Positions 37,693 through 46,915 of a stretch of DNA of 62,823 bases are shown one piece after another. The notes below the pieces were generated by a model. The model had not been told where the DNA came from. It searched no databases and was given only the letters and a program-made list of their open reading frames with translations. Made by a program: the position numbers and the translations under genes. Position 1 is the stretch's first letter. Each line of letters begins with the position of its first letter. Origin of the DNA: Gammaproteobacteria bacterium (lineage in GTDB: Bacteria > Pseudomonadota > Gammaproteobacteria > Steroidobacterales > Rariloculaceae); NCBI GenBank assembly GCA_030834065.1, contig JAURFX010000001.1:1-62823 (forward strand). The letters run 5' to 3'.

Positions 37693-37794
37693 TGACCATG
37701 TCAAGCCATATAGATTATAGTATTCTAGAAATAGGTACAATTAAGTTTTGGTAACCCTGAAACTTATTTTTACGTTTATGCATCTTTAAATAAA

Positions 37795-38364
37795 GTGATG
37801 AGAGAAAAATTAAAAATAACTGATGAGGATATTAAAGCCGCAAAGCAAATGTGTCCTACCTCTCAAAAAAAAATCTATGATGCTTACAGAGTAATGGTTT
37901 ACTCAATTGCCAAGAGAATTTTCCTTAATACTGGCTATGCTGAGGATATTCTTCAGGAAACATTTATTGATGTATTTACTAAGCTTAGTACTTTTGAAGG
38001 CAAGCACTATCAGTTAGGAGCCTGGATTAAACGCATAGCAACCAATCGAGCATTGATGATGTTAAGAACTCCTTGGATTGCCAGAAAATCTGATGTAGAG
38101 ATTGAGGAAGGGCCCTATCTATCTTTTGAACATCAATTGCACAATAATGATGAGCTTGAGTTTGCTCTGGAAACTTTAAACCCTGTTTCAAGATCAGTAC
38201 TTTGGCTTCATGATGTAGAGGGCTATACTCATGCCGAAATTGGAAAAATGATGAAAAAGACAGAAAGTTTTTCAAAGTCACAGCTTGCAAGAACTCATAA
38301 AAAACTTAAAGAATTATTAGAAACCAATCAAACTATAAATAATGATGTCAAAGAGTATCGATAA
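37795..38364 (+). CDS. ECF-type RNA polymerase sigma-70 family factor
   Basis: It has region 2 (AEDILQETFIDVF...GAWIKRIATNRALMMLR) and region 4 with an HTH (VLWLHDVEGYTHAEIGKMMKKTESFSKSQLARTHKKL). 189 aa. Start is GTG at 37795 or ATG at 37798. Confidence 0.8.
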   Translation: MMREKLKITDEDIKAAKQMCPTSQKKIYDAYRVMVYSIAKRIFLNTGYAEDILQETFIDVFTKLSTFEGKHYQLGAWIKRIATNRALMMLRTPWIARKSDVEIEEGPYLSFEHQLHNNDELEFALETLNPVSRSVLWLHDVEGYTHAEIGKMMKKTESFSKSQLARTHKKLKELLETNQTINNDVKEYR

Positions 38365-38917
38365 CTATTTAAAGTATCTTGACGATAATCTGGTGGATGT
38401 TAAAACCATCCAAGAGATTAATGAGAGCGATATTCACCTCCTTGAGATCAATAGGATTAAATCATTAAGAAAGTCGTTAAAGAATTTACCTAAATTTCAA
38501 CCAGATGACTCAAATTGGGATTTAATTCAACAATCAATTCAAAATGAAAGCATAAAGTCTCCATCATGGCCTCCCTTAAAGAGACTATTAGCCCTATCGC
38601 TAATTGTTTTTGTATGTTTTATTCAGCCATTTAATTTTATTCCTGATACCGGAATCATTCAGTCAAATAATCTTATGGCCTCATCTGTAGATCAAATTGG
38701 GGATGTATCTACTGCATCCAATATGCATGCGCTATTAACACAAGAGTTGATTTATCGTGAAATTGCTGCCATAGATATGCTCTTAAATTTAGACTCACAA
38801 GACGATCCCTTTAGCCAAAACAAGGATTTAATTATACAAAGAGATAGCCTGATCGATGCATTGCTTCATGTATCACTGATTAATGATGCGTCTAGTTTGC
38901 GACTCATACAGCTTTAA
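38342..38917 (+). CDS. Putative single-pass anti-sigma factor
   Basis: The call rests on position only. It overlaps the sigma gene by 23 nt and has one central TM helix (LLALSLIVFVCFIQPF). There is no recognisable zinc-binding anti-sigma motif. Confidence 0.4.
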   Translation: MMSKSIDNYLKYLDDNLVDVKTIQEINESDIHLLEINRIKSLRKSLKNLPKFQPDDSNWDLIQQSIQNESIKSPSWPPLKRLLALSLIVFVCFIQPFNFIPDTGIIQSNNLMASSVDQIGDVSTASNMHALLTQELIYREIAAIDMLLNLDSQDDPFSQNKDLIIQRDSLIDALLHVSLINDASSLRLIQL

Positions 38918-40051
38918 ATGCATCGTTACCTCAAGATAACAATCCATATCGATACTATGAGGCCTTATTTATATCCAGTTTTGCTCATTTTATTTTTAAT
39001 ATGCATGCTAATGCTTGGCAATCTATCTGGCCAAGAAACTGAAGAAGATTTATTCAATTACGAAACCCTTCAGGAGGAGATTAGCACAGCAAGATCAGAA
39101 CTAGAGGCAGCAGCTAGAAGGCTGGCAGAGCTGAGCATGATGGCCAGGCAGTCCATGCCGTCAGATAGATCTCTTCCTCGAGCAATGATCGGCGTTATTG
39201 TTGCTAACGAGGGAGGCGATGTCATTGTAGAGAGGGTGTCACCGGGTAGCCCAGCACAGTCAGCTGGAGTATTGCCTGGCGACATCATTACAAACCTTAA
39301 TGGACAATCAATTTCTGATGTATCAGAAGTTATTGATTTGATGACAGAATTATCTCCTGGCGATGAGGTATCACTCTCGGTAGAGAGAGATGGATTCTCG
39401 GCTACTTTAAATTTTGCATCTGTAGCCATGCATCCTATGCAGTCTATGAATAGATTTCCATTACCTGAGGGCGGAGCAAGACGAATGATCCTCAGCACGG
39501 AAGATGGCATCATTAGTGGCGAGTTTGATGACTTTATTTGGCTTGAGGATAGCATCAATGACTCCATCGAAGAGATGAATGATTACTACAATGAAGATGG
39601 TGAAAATGTATTTATCTTTAGGCAAAGACTTGCCTCGCAATTACAACATGATCGACCAAGAAATGATCCAATCGTCAGAGATGAAGGCAGAGATAGAGAA
39701 AGAGAAAGGGATAGGGATGGAGACAGAAACAGAGCCCGTATTCGCGATCGCTATCATTATTGGGATTTATTTGAACATTATGATCTAGTCCCTATGAGTT
39801 CCCAGCTCGCTCCATATTTTGGGGTAGAACATGGTCTGCTCGTAGTCTTTGATGATGATCACACACTCGACGGGAGCGAACTATTTCATGAAGGAGATGT
39901 CATTACGAGTATCGAGGGCGAATCTTTTAGCGGGCTTAGAGATTTTGCCCAAAAATTTATCAATGCTATTGAATCTGATGGTTCTGCATTGATTGGAATA
40001 ACACGTGAATATCAGTCTCAAACGGTTTATTTTGATCTTTACGGCCAATAA
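38918..40051 (+). CDS. Exported double-PDZ-domain protein without a protease domain
   Basis: It has a signal/anchor (YPVLLILFLICMLMLGNLSG). The PDZ-like segments are GVIVANEGGDVIVERVSPGSPAQSAGVLPGDIITNLNGQSI and GLLVVFDD...EGDVITSIEGESF. An RD/RE-rich linker separates them. The ATG follows the anti-sigma stop directly, and an alternative start lies at 38957. Confidence 0.6.
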   Translation: MHRYLKITIHIDTMRPYLYPVLLILFLICMLMLGNLSGQETEEDLFNYETLQEEISTARSELEAAARRLAELSMMARQSMPSDRSLPRAMIGVIVANEGGDVIVERVSPGSPAQSAGVLPGDIITNLNGQSISDVSEVIDLMTELSPGDEVSLSVERDGFSATLNFASVAMHPMQSMNRFPLPEGGARRMILSTEDGIISGEFDDFIWLEDSINDSIEEMNDYYNEDGENVFIFRQRLASQLQHDRPRNDPIVRDEGRDRERERDRDGDRNRARIRDRYHYWDLFEHYDLVPMSSQLAPYFGVEHGLLVVFDDDHTLDGSELFHEGDVITSIEGESFSGLRDFAQKFINAIESDGSALIGITREYQSQTVYFDLYGQ

Positions 40052-40094
40052 CTCCACTTTAATTTAAATTTTATCCAATCTACAATCCACTACT

Positions 40095-41108
40095 ATGGAT
40101 TTAGAAGAATTTAATTATGATCTTCCCGAGAACCTTATTGCTCAAATTCCATTACGCGACAGGGCAGGCAGTAAATTGCTCGTCGCTAATTCAAAAAGAA
40201 TCATTCATGCAAAATTTCAAGACTTAGATCATTTTGTTAATAAAGGTGATTTGATCGTTCTCAATGATACTAAAGTCATCAATGCCAGGATCTATGCTAA
40301 GCGAATTACAGGCAGAGACGTCGAGATCATGCTTGAGAGGGTGATGTCCCCATTGATCGCATTAGCGAGATTAGGCAATGCAAAAAATATTTCAGAAGGG
40401 GAAAATCTTCATATTGATCATAAGCAAAGCATTAAAGTCATTGAAAGGAATGGAAATATATTTACTCTGGAATTTGATACTAATATATCTGAGATCCTAA
40501 ATGAATATGGATCCGTTCCTTTACCACCCTATATAACCAGAAAGCCTGATTTAAATGATAGCAGTCGTTATCAAACCGTCTATGCAAAAGAAGAGGGCGC
40601 CATTGCAGCCCCTACTGCAGGACTTCACTTTGACAAACCAATGATCGAGAAAATAAAAAATAATGGCATTGATATTGAATTTTTAACCTTGCATGTAGGG
40701 TTTGGGACCTTTACACCAATAAAGACTCAAAATATTTCTGATCATAGAATGCATGAGGAGTATGTTCATGTATCAGAGCATTTATGCAATAAAATTATTG
40801 AAACTAAAAAGCGGGGGGGGCGAGTGATTGCTGTTGGAACGACCACTACTCGCGCGCTGGAGTCGTGTCACCAAGGCAAAGACCTCGAGCCTAAAAAAGG
40901 CTATACAAATTTATATATTTGTCCGGGATTTAAATTTAATGTGGTTGATGTCATGATCACAAACTTCCATCAACCTAAATCATCACTGATGGTTATGATA
41001 GCTGCATTTATCGGTACTGAGACAGTTAAAAAAATATATCAATCCGCTATAAATAATAGGTATAGATTCTTAAGTTATGGCGATGTAACGCTTTTAGAGA
41101 GGTCATAA
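40095..41108 (+). CDS. queA: S-adenosylmethionine:tRNA ribosyltransferase-isomerase
   Basis: N-terminus FNYDLPENLIAQ.P, with GSVPLPPYI and GGRVIAVGTTTTRALES. 337 aa. Confidence 0.9.
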   Translation: MDLEEFNYDLPENLIAQIPLRDRAGSKLLVANSKRIIHAKFQDLDHFVNKGDLIVLNDTKVINARIYAKRITGRDVEIMLERVMSPLIALARLGNAKNISEGENLHIDHKQSIKVIERNGNIFTLEFDTNISEILNEYGSVPLPPYITRKPDLNDSSRYQTVYAKEEGAIAAPTAGLHFDKPMIEKIKNNGIDIEFLTLHVGFGTFTPIKTQNISDHRMHEEYVHVSEHLCNKIIETKKRGGRVIAVGTTTTRALESCHQGKDLEPKKGYTNLYICPGFKFNVVDVMITNFHQPKSSLMVMIAAFIGTETVKKIYQSAINNRYRFLSYGDVTLLERS

Positions 41109-42212
41109 ATGTTCGAGATTCTAAATCAAGAGGGTCATGCACGTTTAGGAAGATTGGTCTGCCAAAGAGGCGTCATTAGAACTCCTGCCTTCATGCCTGT
41201 AGGCACCTACGGTTCAGTAAAATCAATGCTACCCGATGAAATTAAGAGTTTGGGTGCGGACATCATTCTTACGAATGCCTATCATATGTATGAGCGCCCT
41301 GGCTTAAGTCTGATTAAAGGGCAAGGCGGCATGCACCCATTTATCGGTTGGGACGGTCCAATCCTAATGGACTCTGGAGGATACCAAGTATTTAGCCTCG
41401 ATGGTTTAAATACGATAACTGAGGAGGGAGTAAAGTTTAAGTCTCCCATTAATGGATCCGAGATATTTTTATCCCCAGAAATTTCAATCAACTTCCAGGT
41501 TGACTGCGGTATCGATATCATCATGATTTTTGATGAGTGCCCCCCCTATGGATGCAACAAGGCTTATCTTGAGAGCTCGACTGATTTATCTATAAGGTGG
41601 GCACAAAGATCCTTTCACACATTTCAAAATAGAAATTCTGATCATGCAAAAATATTTGGCATTATTCAGGGTGGTGAGTATCCGGATCTCCGATTAAAGT
41701 CATTAGAAGCCCTATTAGAGATGAACTTTGACGGGCTGGCTATCGGTGGTTTGGCTGTTGGAGAGCCAGAGGAGCTCAGGATGAAGATTATAAATGGCTT
41801 GAATCCTTATCTACCACCTGGTAAGCCTAGGTATTTAATGGGCGTTGGCACGCCATCGGATCTTCTTAATAGCATTGCACAAGGTATTGATATGTTTGAT
41901 TGTGTCATACCAACCAGACACGCTCGGACCGGACAATTATTTACAAACCATGGACCCATAAACATAAGAAATTCCCAATACAAAAATAGCAACCAGCCCA
42001 TCGATGAGAAATGTAGATGCCTCACATGTCAAAAATTTTCCCTATCCTACTTGCATCACTTAGATAAATGTAAGGAAATCCTTGGTTTAAGACTCAATAC
42101 GATACATAACCTTTACTTCTATTTAAATCTTATGGAAACAGCCCGTGAGCAGCTAAGAGTGAATAATTTTCAACAATTTAAGCAGGAATTTCTAGCTAAT
42201 TACATGCTATAA
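41109..42212 (+). CDS. tgt: Queuine tRNA-ribosyltransferase
   Basis: Motifs RTPAFMPVGT and DSGGYQV, and the zinc site C-x-C-x2-C (EKCRCLTCQKF...H). 367 aa. Confidence 0.95.
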   Translation: MFEILNQEGHARLGRLVCQRGVIRTPAFMPVGTYGSVKSMLPDEIKSLGADIILTNAYHMYERPGLSLIKGQGGMHPFIGWDGPILMDSGGYQVFSLDGLNTITEEGVKFKSPINGSEIFLSPEISINFQVDCGIDIIMIFDECPPYGCNKAYLESSTDLSIRWAQRSFHTFQNRNSDHAKIFGIIQGGEYPDLRLKSLEALLEMNFDGLAIGGLAVGEPEELRMKIINGLNPYLPPGKPRYLMGVGTPSDLLNSIAQGIDMFDCVIPTRHARTGQLFTNHGPINIRNSQYKNSNQPIDEKCRCLTCQKFSLSYLHHLDKCKEILGLRLNTIHNLYFYLNLMETAREQLRVNNFQQFKQEFLANYML

Positions 42213-42244
42213 ACTGTTTAATGTGGGGGCAGCTGTGTCATAAT

Positions 42245-42601
42245 ATGCCGATGTTTTTAGACAAGATATTAGATGTATTGATTCCACCAGCTTTTGCCCA
42301 GGCTGCGCCTGAACAGCCAAGCGTTGTTGCAAGTTTTCTGCCTTTAATCGTCATATTTGCGATCTTTTATTTTCTACTAATACGCCCACAACAAAAAAAA
42401 CAAAAAGAACATCAGGAAATGGTTGATGCCCTTGAGGTTGGAGCTGAAATTATTACTGCGGGCGGGGTGATTGGTATCATTGACTCGATCAGTGATGATT
42501 GGATCCATCTAGAAATTGCTGAAGGAACAGTGATTAAAGTGCAAAGAGGAACGATTGGTAGATTAATGCCAAAAGGAACCTATAAAAATCTAAAAGCATA
42601 G
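42245..42601 (+). CDS. yajC: Preprotein translocase subunit YajC
   Basis: It has a single TM followed by LIRPQQKKQKEHQEMV and GGVIGI. It sits in the conserved tgt-yajC-secDF order. Trimmed to the ATG at 42245. Confidence 0.85.
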   Translation: MPMFLDKILDVLIPPAFAQAAPEQPSVVASFLPLIVIFAIFYFLLIRPQQKKQKEHQEMVDALEVGAEIITAGGVIGIIDSISDDWIHLEIAEGTVIKVQRGTIGRLMPKGTYKNLKA

Positions 42602-42608
42602 AATTTAT

Positions 42609-44465
42609 ATGAATAAAATTGCCCTTTGGAAAACCTTGCTCATCTTATTTGTAATGTTGATAGGTTTTCTATATGCGCTCCCAAATATTTTTGGAGATGA
42701 CCCAGCATTGCAGGTAACTCGCGAAGATGGTTCACCAGTTCTTGCCGCTACCATTGAACAAGCTGAAGAAATACTAAACCAAAATGAAATTAATTTTAAT
42801 ACAATTGATTTTCAAGGAAACGCATTGATTATCCGACTGAGCAATACGGATGACCAGCAGGCAGCGAGCGCACTCTTGCGTGAATCTCTTAATCAGCATG
42901 TTGTTGCACTAACACTTGCATCAAGAGCGCCAAGAGTAATTCAAAATTTAGGCTTCAGACCCATGAGTCTTGGCTTAGATCTTCGAGGTGGAGTTTACTT
43001 CTTATATCAGGTCGATCTCGCATCGGCCACGCAACAATACTTGGATAGCTATCAAGCTTCAATCAGTCAGGCATTTAGGTCTGAGGGTATCCCAGTTAAT
43101 GTCCAAAGAAATATAGATGCCATAATTTTTAGCTTTGACAGTGAAGAGGCTATTATTCAAGCAGAAGAATTACTCTTTCTTCTAGACCCATTGCTTGATG
43201 TAACTGCGTCCCAATCAGCCCAAGGATTCCAATTGAATGTTGCTTTGTCAAACATACAAATCACCCAAAGACAAAATATCGCCTTGCAACAAAATATCCT
43301 GACACTAAGAAATCGTGTCAATGAATTAGGTGTTGCAGAGCCTGTCGTTCAAAGACAAGGATTAGACAGAATACTTGTGCAATTACCAGGCATTCAAGAC
43401 CCATCACAGGCCGAGCGAATTCTAGGGTCTACTGCTACCATTGAGTTTAGATTAGTAGACTTTGAGAATGATCCATTTGAGGCAGATCGAACTAATCGAC
43501 CTCCTTTAAACTCTATTCTTAGATATGATCGAACAGGATTTCCAGAACTTTTAAGACGAGAGGTCATTGTATCCGGAAGTGAACTCACAGATGCTACCTT
43601 CATGTACTCTCAGGGACAGCCCGCGGTATCGATCAGACTAAACGCGCAAGGTGCAGCAAGGATGCTTGATGCAACCCAAGCAAATTTGAATCGTCCTATG
43701 GCGGTATTATTTATTGAGGATAGCCCCGAGCTAGTTGAGGTTAATGGAGCGATTGAATTGATCTCAAATCGGACAGAGACAGTTATAAATAAGGCTACCA
43801 TTAGGGGAGTTTTTTCAAACAGCTTTCAAATAACTGGAGTCACTCCGTTTGAAGGCCAAGATTTAGCGCTTCTACTAAGATCAGGATCTTTGGCAACCCC
43901 AATAGTCAAAGTTGAAGAGAGAACTATCGGACCAAGTTTAGGTCAGGACAATATTGATCGTGGAAGGTTAGCAGTCGTTGTCGGTTTAATTACTGTAATG
44001 TTATTCATGATTTTGTATTATCGTGCTTTTGGAATCATTGCAAATTTAGCACTAATTTCAAATGTAGTTTTAATTGTTGGGACACTCTCTTTTTTGCAGG
44101 CATCACTAACGCTCCCTGGCATAGCTGGTATAGTTTTGACCATTGGTATGGCAGTTGATGCAAACGTACTTATTTTTGAAAGAATTAGGGAGGAGCTTAG
44201 AAATGGCGTTACCCCGCTTGCAAGTATTAAGGCGGGCTTCGAGAAGGCATTATCTACAATTGCTGATGCCAATATTACAACATTTATTGCCGCCATAGTT
44301 CTATTTACTTTTGGGACTGGTCCTATTAAAGGTTTTGCCATTACTCTCGCTATAGGTATCGCGACTTCGATGTTTACCTCCATTCTGGTCTCAAGGCTCC
44401 TAGTAAATTTATTTTTTGAAAGAAAAGTAAGACTTCAAAGCCTTCCTATAGGAATCAAGGTCTAG
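42609..44465 (+). CDS. secD: Protein translocase subunit SecD
   Basis: 618 aa with a large periplasmic domain between TM1 and a C-terminal 5-TM bundle (GIAGIVLTIGMAVDANVLIFERIREE). Confidence 0.9.
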   Translation: MNKIALWKTLLILFVMLIGFLYALPNIFGDDPALQVTREDGSPVLAATIEQAEEILNQNEINFNTIDFQGNALIIRLSNTDDQQAASALLRESLNQHVVALTLASRAPRVIQNLGFRPMSLGLDLRGGVYFLYQVDLASATQQYLDSYQASISQAFRSEGIPVNVQRNIDAIIFSFDSEEAIIQAEELLFLLDPLLDVTASQSAQGFQLNVALSNIQITQRQNIALQQNILTLRNRVNELGVAEPVVQRQGLDRILVQLPGIQDPSQAERILGSTATIEFRLVDFENDPFEADRTNRPPLNSILRYDRTGFPELLRREVIVSGSELTDATFMYSQGQPAVSIRLNAQGAARMLDATQANLNRPMAVLFIEDSPELVEVNGAIELISNRTETVINKATIRGVFSNSFQITGVTPFEGQDLALLLRSGSLATPIVKVEERTIGPSLGQDNIDRGRLAVVVGLITVMLFMILYYRAFGIIANLALISNVVLIVGTLSFLQASLTLPGIAGIVLTIGMAVDANVLIFERIREELRNGVTPLASIKAGFEKALSTIADANITTFIAAIVLFTFGTGPIKGFAITLAIGIATSMFTSILVSRLLVNLFFERKVRLQSLPIGIKV

Positions 44466-44467
44466 TC

Positions 44468-45388
44468 ATGAATATTAATAAAGTCATTAACTTCATGTCT
44501 TATCAAAAACTTGCGGTAGCTATATCTTTGATTTTGATTGTGACTTCATTTTTTATGGTCTTTTTTAAGGGTTTAAACTTTGGGATAGATTTTACTGGTG
44601 GAATTATTATTGAGGCTGAATTTGAGCAGGAATCTAATTTACAAGATATTAGGGACCGGCTTAATGAAAATGAATTTCAAAATGCATTGGTGCAAAACTT
44701 TGGATCCCCCAATGATGTGCTTATAAGGTTAGAGCCTCAAGAAAACATGGATGGTGGCGCCGTCAGGGATCAGATATTGTCTCTGCTCACAAGCATTGAT
44801 TCCTCGGCAGAGCTTCTTAGGATTGAATTTGTAGGACCCCAGGTAGGCCAAGACCTCACTGAACAAGGATCGCTGGCGATGCTATTTGCCCTGATCATGA
44901 TATTTTTCTATGTCACATTCAGGTTTAAGTGGAAGTTTGCGTTAGGCGCACTGACTGCATTGGTGCATGATGTAATTATTTTGATAGGGTTTTTTGCAAT
45001 TTTTCAACGTAATTTTGATCTAACGATTCTCGCAGCTGTTCTTGCTACGATTGGCTATTCATTAAATGATACGATTGTCGTTTATGATCGTATCAGAGAG
45101 AACTTCAGAGTCATGCGAGGCGAGGCTCCATTAGCCATTATCAATCAATCAATCACTCAAATGCTGGGCAGAACGATTATCACTTCAGGAACGACATTGC
45201 TTGTATTGCTTGCCTTGTTTTTTTTGGGGGGAGAGACGGTTTCTGGTTTTGCCCTAGCACTGATCGTAGGTATTTTCGTCGGAACTTACTCGTCGATATT
45301 TATAGCATGTACACTGGTACTATCTCTGAGGATCTCTAATGAAGATTTTATGGAGAGAAAAGTCGAAGAAATAGACGACCTTCCTTAG
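44468..45388 (+). CDS. secF: Protein translocase subunit SecF
   Basis: 306 aa of the SecF family (GLNFGIDFTGG; IGYSLNDTIVVYDRIREN). Confidence 0.9.
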   Translation: MNINKVINFMSYQKLAVAISLILIVTSFFMVFFKGLNFGIDFTGGIIIEAEFEQESNLQDIRDRLNENEFQNALVQNFGSPNDVLIRLEPQENMDGGAVRDQILSLLTSIDSSAELLRIEFVGPQVGQDLTEQGSLAMLFALIMIFFYVTFRFKWKFALGALTALVHDVIILIGFFAIFQRNFDLTILAAVLATIGYSLNDTIVVYDRIRENFRVMRGEAPLAIINQSITQMLGRTIITSGTTLLVLLALFFLGGETVSGFALALIVGIFVGTYSSIFIACTLVLSLRISNEDFMERKVEEIDDLP

Positions 45389-45391
45389 CTT

Positions 45392-46162
45392 TTATTTTAT
45401 TAAGCTTAATAGCTGGAGATGAATTTTAGGGTTTCCAGCAATTACCTCTCCTTCAAAAAATTTATTACCACCCGAAAAATCTGAGATCATACCACCAGCT
45501 TCTTCGATAAGCAGTGAGCCTGCCGAAACATCCCATGGCTTGAGACCTTTTTCCCAGAAGGCATCGATCCTACCGCAAGCAACGTAAGCAAGATCAAGTG
45601 CCGCAGACCCACTAATTCTAATACCTGAAACATTTGTCATCAGGCTCTCTAAGCGTTTTAACTGTGATTTATTGGTTTCATCCTCTCTCTGACAGTGTGC
45701 AGCCATATTGATCAGAGCTTTTGTTAACTTTAATGTTTTGCTTACACGAATTTTTGAGTTATTCAGTTTTGCGCCATTTCCTCTTGATGCAGTAAAGAGC
45801 TCTTGTCTGAGTGGATCAAAGATAACTCCATGCTGCATTTGACCCTTATGCTGAATTCCAATTGATATTGAGAAATGTGGAAATCCATGCAAAAAATTAT
45901 TAGTCCCATCAAGGGGATCAATAATCCAAACAGTCTCATCCTCTCCCTCATGACCAAGCTCTTCAGAATAAATTGCATGCGAGGGATAGTGTTTTCTTAT
46001 GATATCAGTGATTACCTCTTCTGACTGAAGATCAACATTTGTGACAAAGTCATTGAGCTCTTTTTCTCTTACCTTGATAGAATCCAGACGATGCAACGAC
46101 CTTAACATTACAATCGCTGCTTCTCTGCAAGCTTTAACAGCTATGTTTAGCATCCCTTCCAT
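45392..46162 (-). CDS. suhB: Inositol-1-monophosphatase family protein
   Basis: Motifs WIIDPLDGTNNF and the C-terminal WDVSAG. It is divergent from trmJ, as in enterobacterial synteny. Confidence 0.85.
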   Translation of the reverse strand: MEGMLNIAVKACREAAIVMLRSLHRLDSIKVREKELNDFVTNVDLQSEEVITDIIRKHYPSHAIYSEELGHEGEDETVWIIDPLDGTNNFLHGFPHFSISIGIQHKGQMQHGVIFDPLRQELFTASRGNGAKLNNSKIRVSKTLKLTKALINMAAHCQREDETNKSQLKRLESLMTNVSGIRISGSAALDLAYVACGRIDAFWEKGLKPWDVSAGSLLIEEAGGMISDFSGGNKFFEGEVIAGNPKIHLQLLSLIK

Positions 46163-46213
46163 AGTGCATGATTATCCGTTTTTTTAAATTATGAGTACAG
46201 TATAATTTTTGAC

Positions 46214-46915
46214 ATGCAAAACATAAGGATAGTCCTAGATCAAACATCACATGGTGGCAACATAGGTGCGGTTGCAAGAGCAATGAAGAATATGGATCTT
46301 TATCATCTTTATTTAGTGAACCCTAAAGACTATCCTTCCGAAGACGCAACTGCACGATCTTCCGGCGCGGATGACATTCTTAGAAATGCACAAATATTCT
46401 CATCCCTCAAGGATGCTGTAGCTGATTGTCAATATGTGATTGGTGCAAGCGCAAGAGCACGAGAGCTCTCCCTTCCTACTATTACCCCAAGAGAATTTGC
46501 TAATGATACGCTTGCTCTCATGAATATTAATATTGCATGCGTATTTGGAAATGAACGCGTTGGCCTTGAAAATCGTCAGTTGGCCTTATGCAATAAGCAA
46601 TTAATTATTCCCACTCAAGAAAAATTTTCTTCTTTAAATTTAGCGATGGCTGTTCAGATAGTTTGTTATGAGCTTTATACGGCGCACCAGTTCGACCAGA
46701 AGCATGCTATAACTGCAACGGATGAAAGCGCAACATCAGGAGAAAAGGAAAGTTTGGTAGAATTTATTGAAGAATTAGCTACTGAGGTTAAGTTTTCTAA
46801 TCCAGGGCAACCGAAAAAGTTGAGTGTTCGCATAAGACAAATCGTATCGAAGTCTAATTTCACCTCAAGTGAGGTAAGTTTGATGAGAGGATTTTTAAAG
46901 AATTTTAAAAAATGA
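46214..46915 (+). CDS. trmJ: tRNA (cytidine/uridine-2'-O-)-methyltransferase TrmJ
   Basis: SpoU/TrmH fold (RIVLDQTSHGGNIGAVARAMKNM; VFGNERVGL; IPT...SLNLAMAV). 233 aa. Confidence 0.8.
   Translation: MQNIRIVLDQTSHGGNIGAVARAMKNMDLYHLYLVNPKDYPSEDATARSSGADDILRNAQIFSSLKDAVADCQYVIGASARARELSLPTITPREFANDTLALMNINIACVFGNERVGLENRQLALCNKQLIIPTQEKFSSLNLAMAVQIVCYELYTAHQFDQKHAITATDESATSGEKESLVEFIEELATEVKFSNPGQPKKLSVRIRQIVSKSNFTSSEVSLMRGFLKNFKK

Noticed and set aside
37427-37754. Track ORFs 37427..37699 (-) and 37572..37754 (+).
   Set aside because: Both are read through the tRNA-Leu gene and the end of the cytochrome gene. The tRNA cloverleaf explains the sequence.
37759-37788. Candidate ECF autoregulatory promoter upstream of the sigma gene: GAAACTT, a 17-nt spacer, then TCTTTA.
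   Set aside because: It resembles the sigma-E-type -35/-10 pattern. However, the -10 ends only about 6 nt before the GTG/ATG start, which would require a leaderless mRNA. The match is short and AT-rich, so it is not supportable without 5'-end data.
39070-39567. A 165-aa ORF antisense to the PDZ gene. Similar long antisense ORFs occur at 59714..60163, 57767..58138, 44018..44383, 24539..24925, 11802..12143, 13211..13546 and 16173..16472.
   Set aside because: Each lies wholly inside a confidently recognised gene on the other strand. Their composition is low-complexity (Ser/Pro/Ile-rich), and they lack family motifs or sensible starts. They are shadow ORFs.
37606-40094. Possible genomic island integrated at tRNA-Leu, carrying the ECF module.
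   Set aside because: No integrase, transposase or phage gene is present. I could find no direct repeat of the tRNA 3' half near 40052-40094. Composition looks the same as the flanks by eye.
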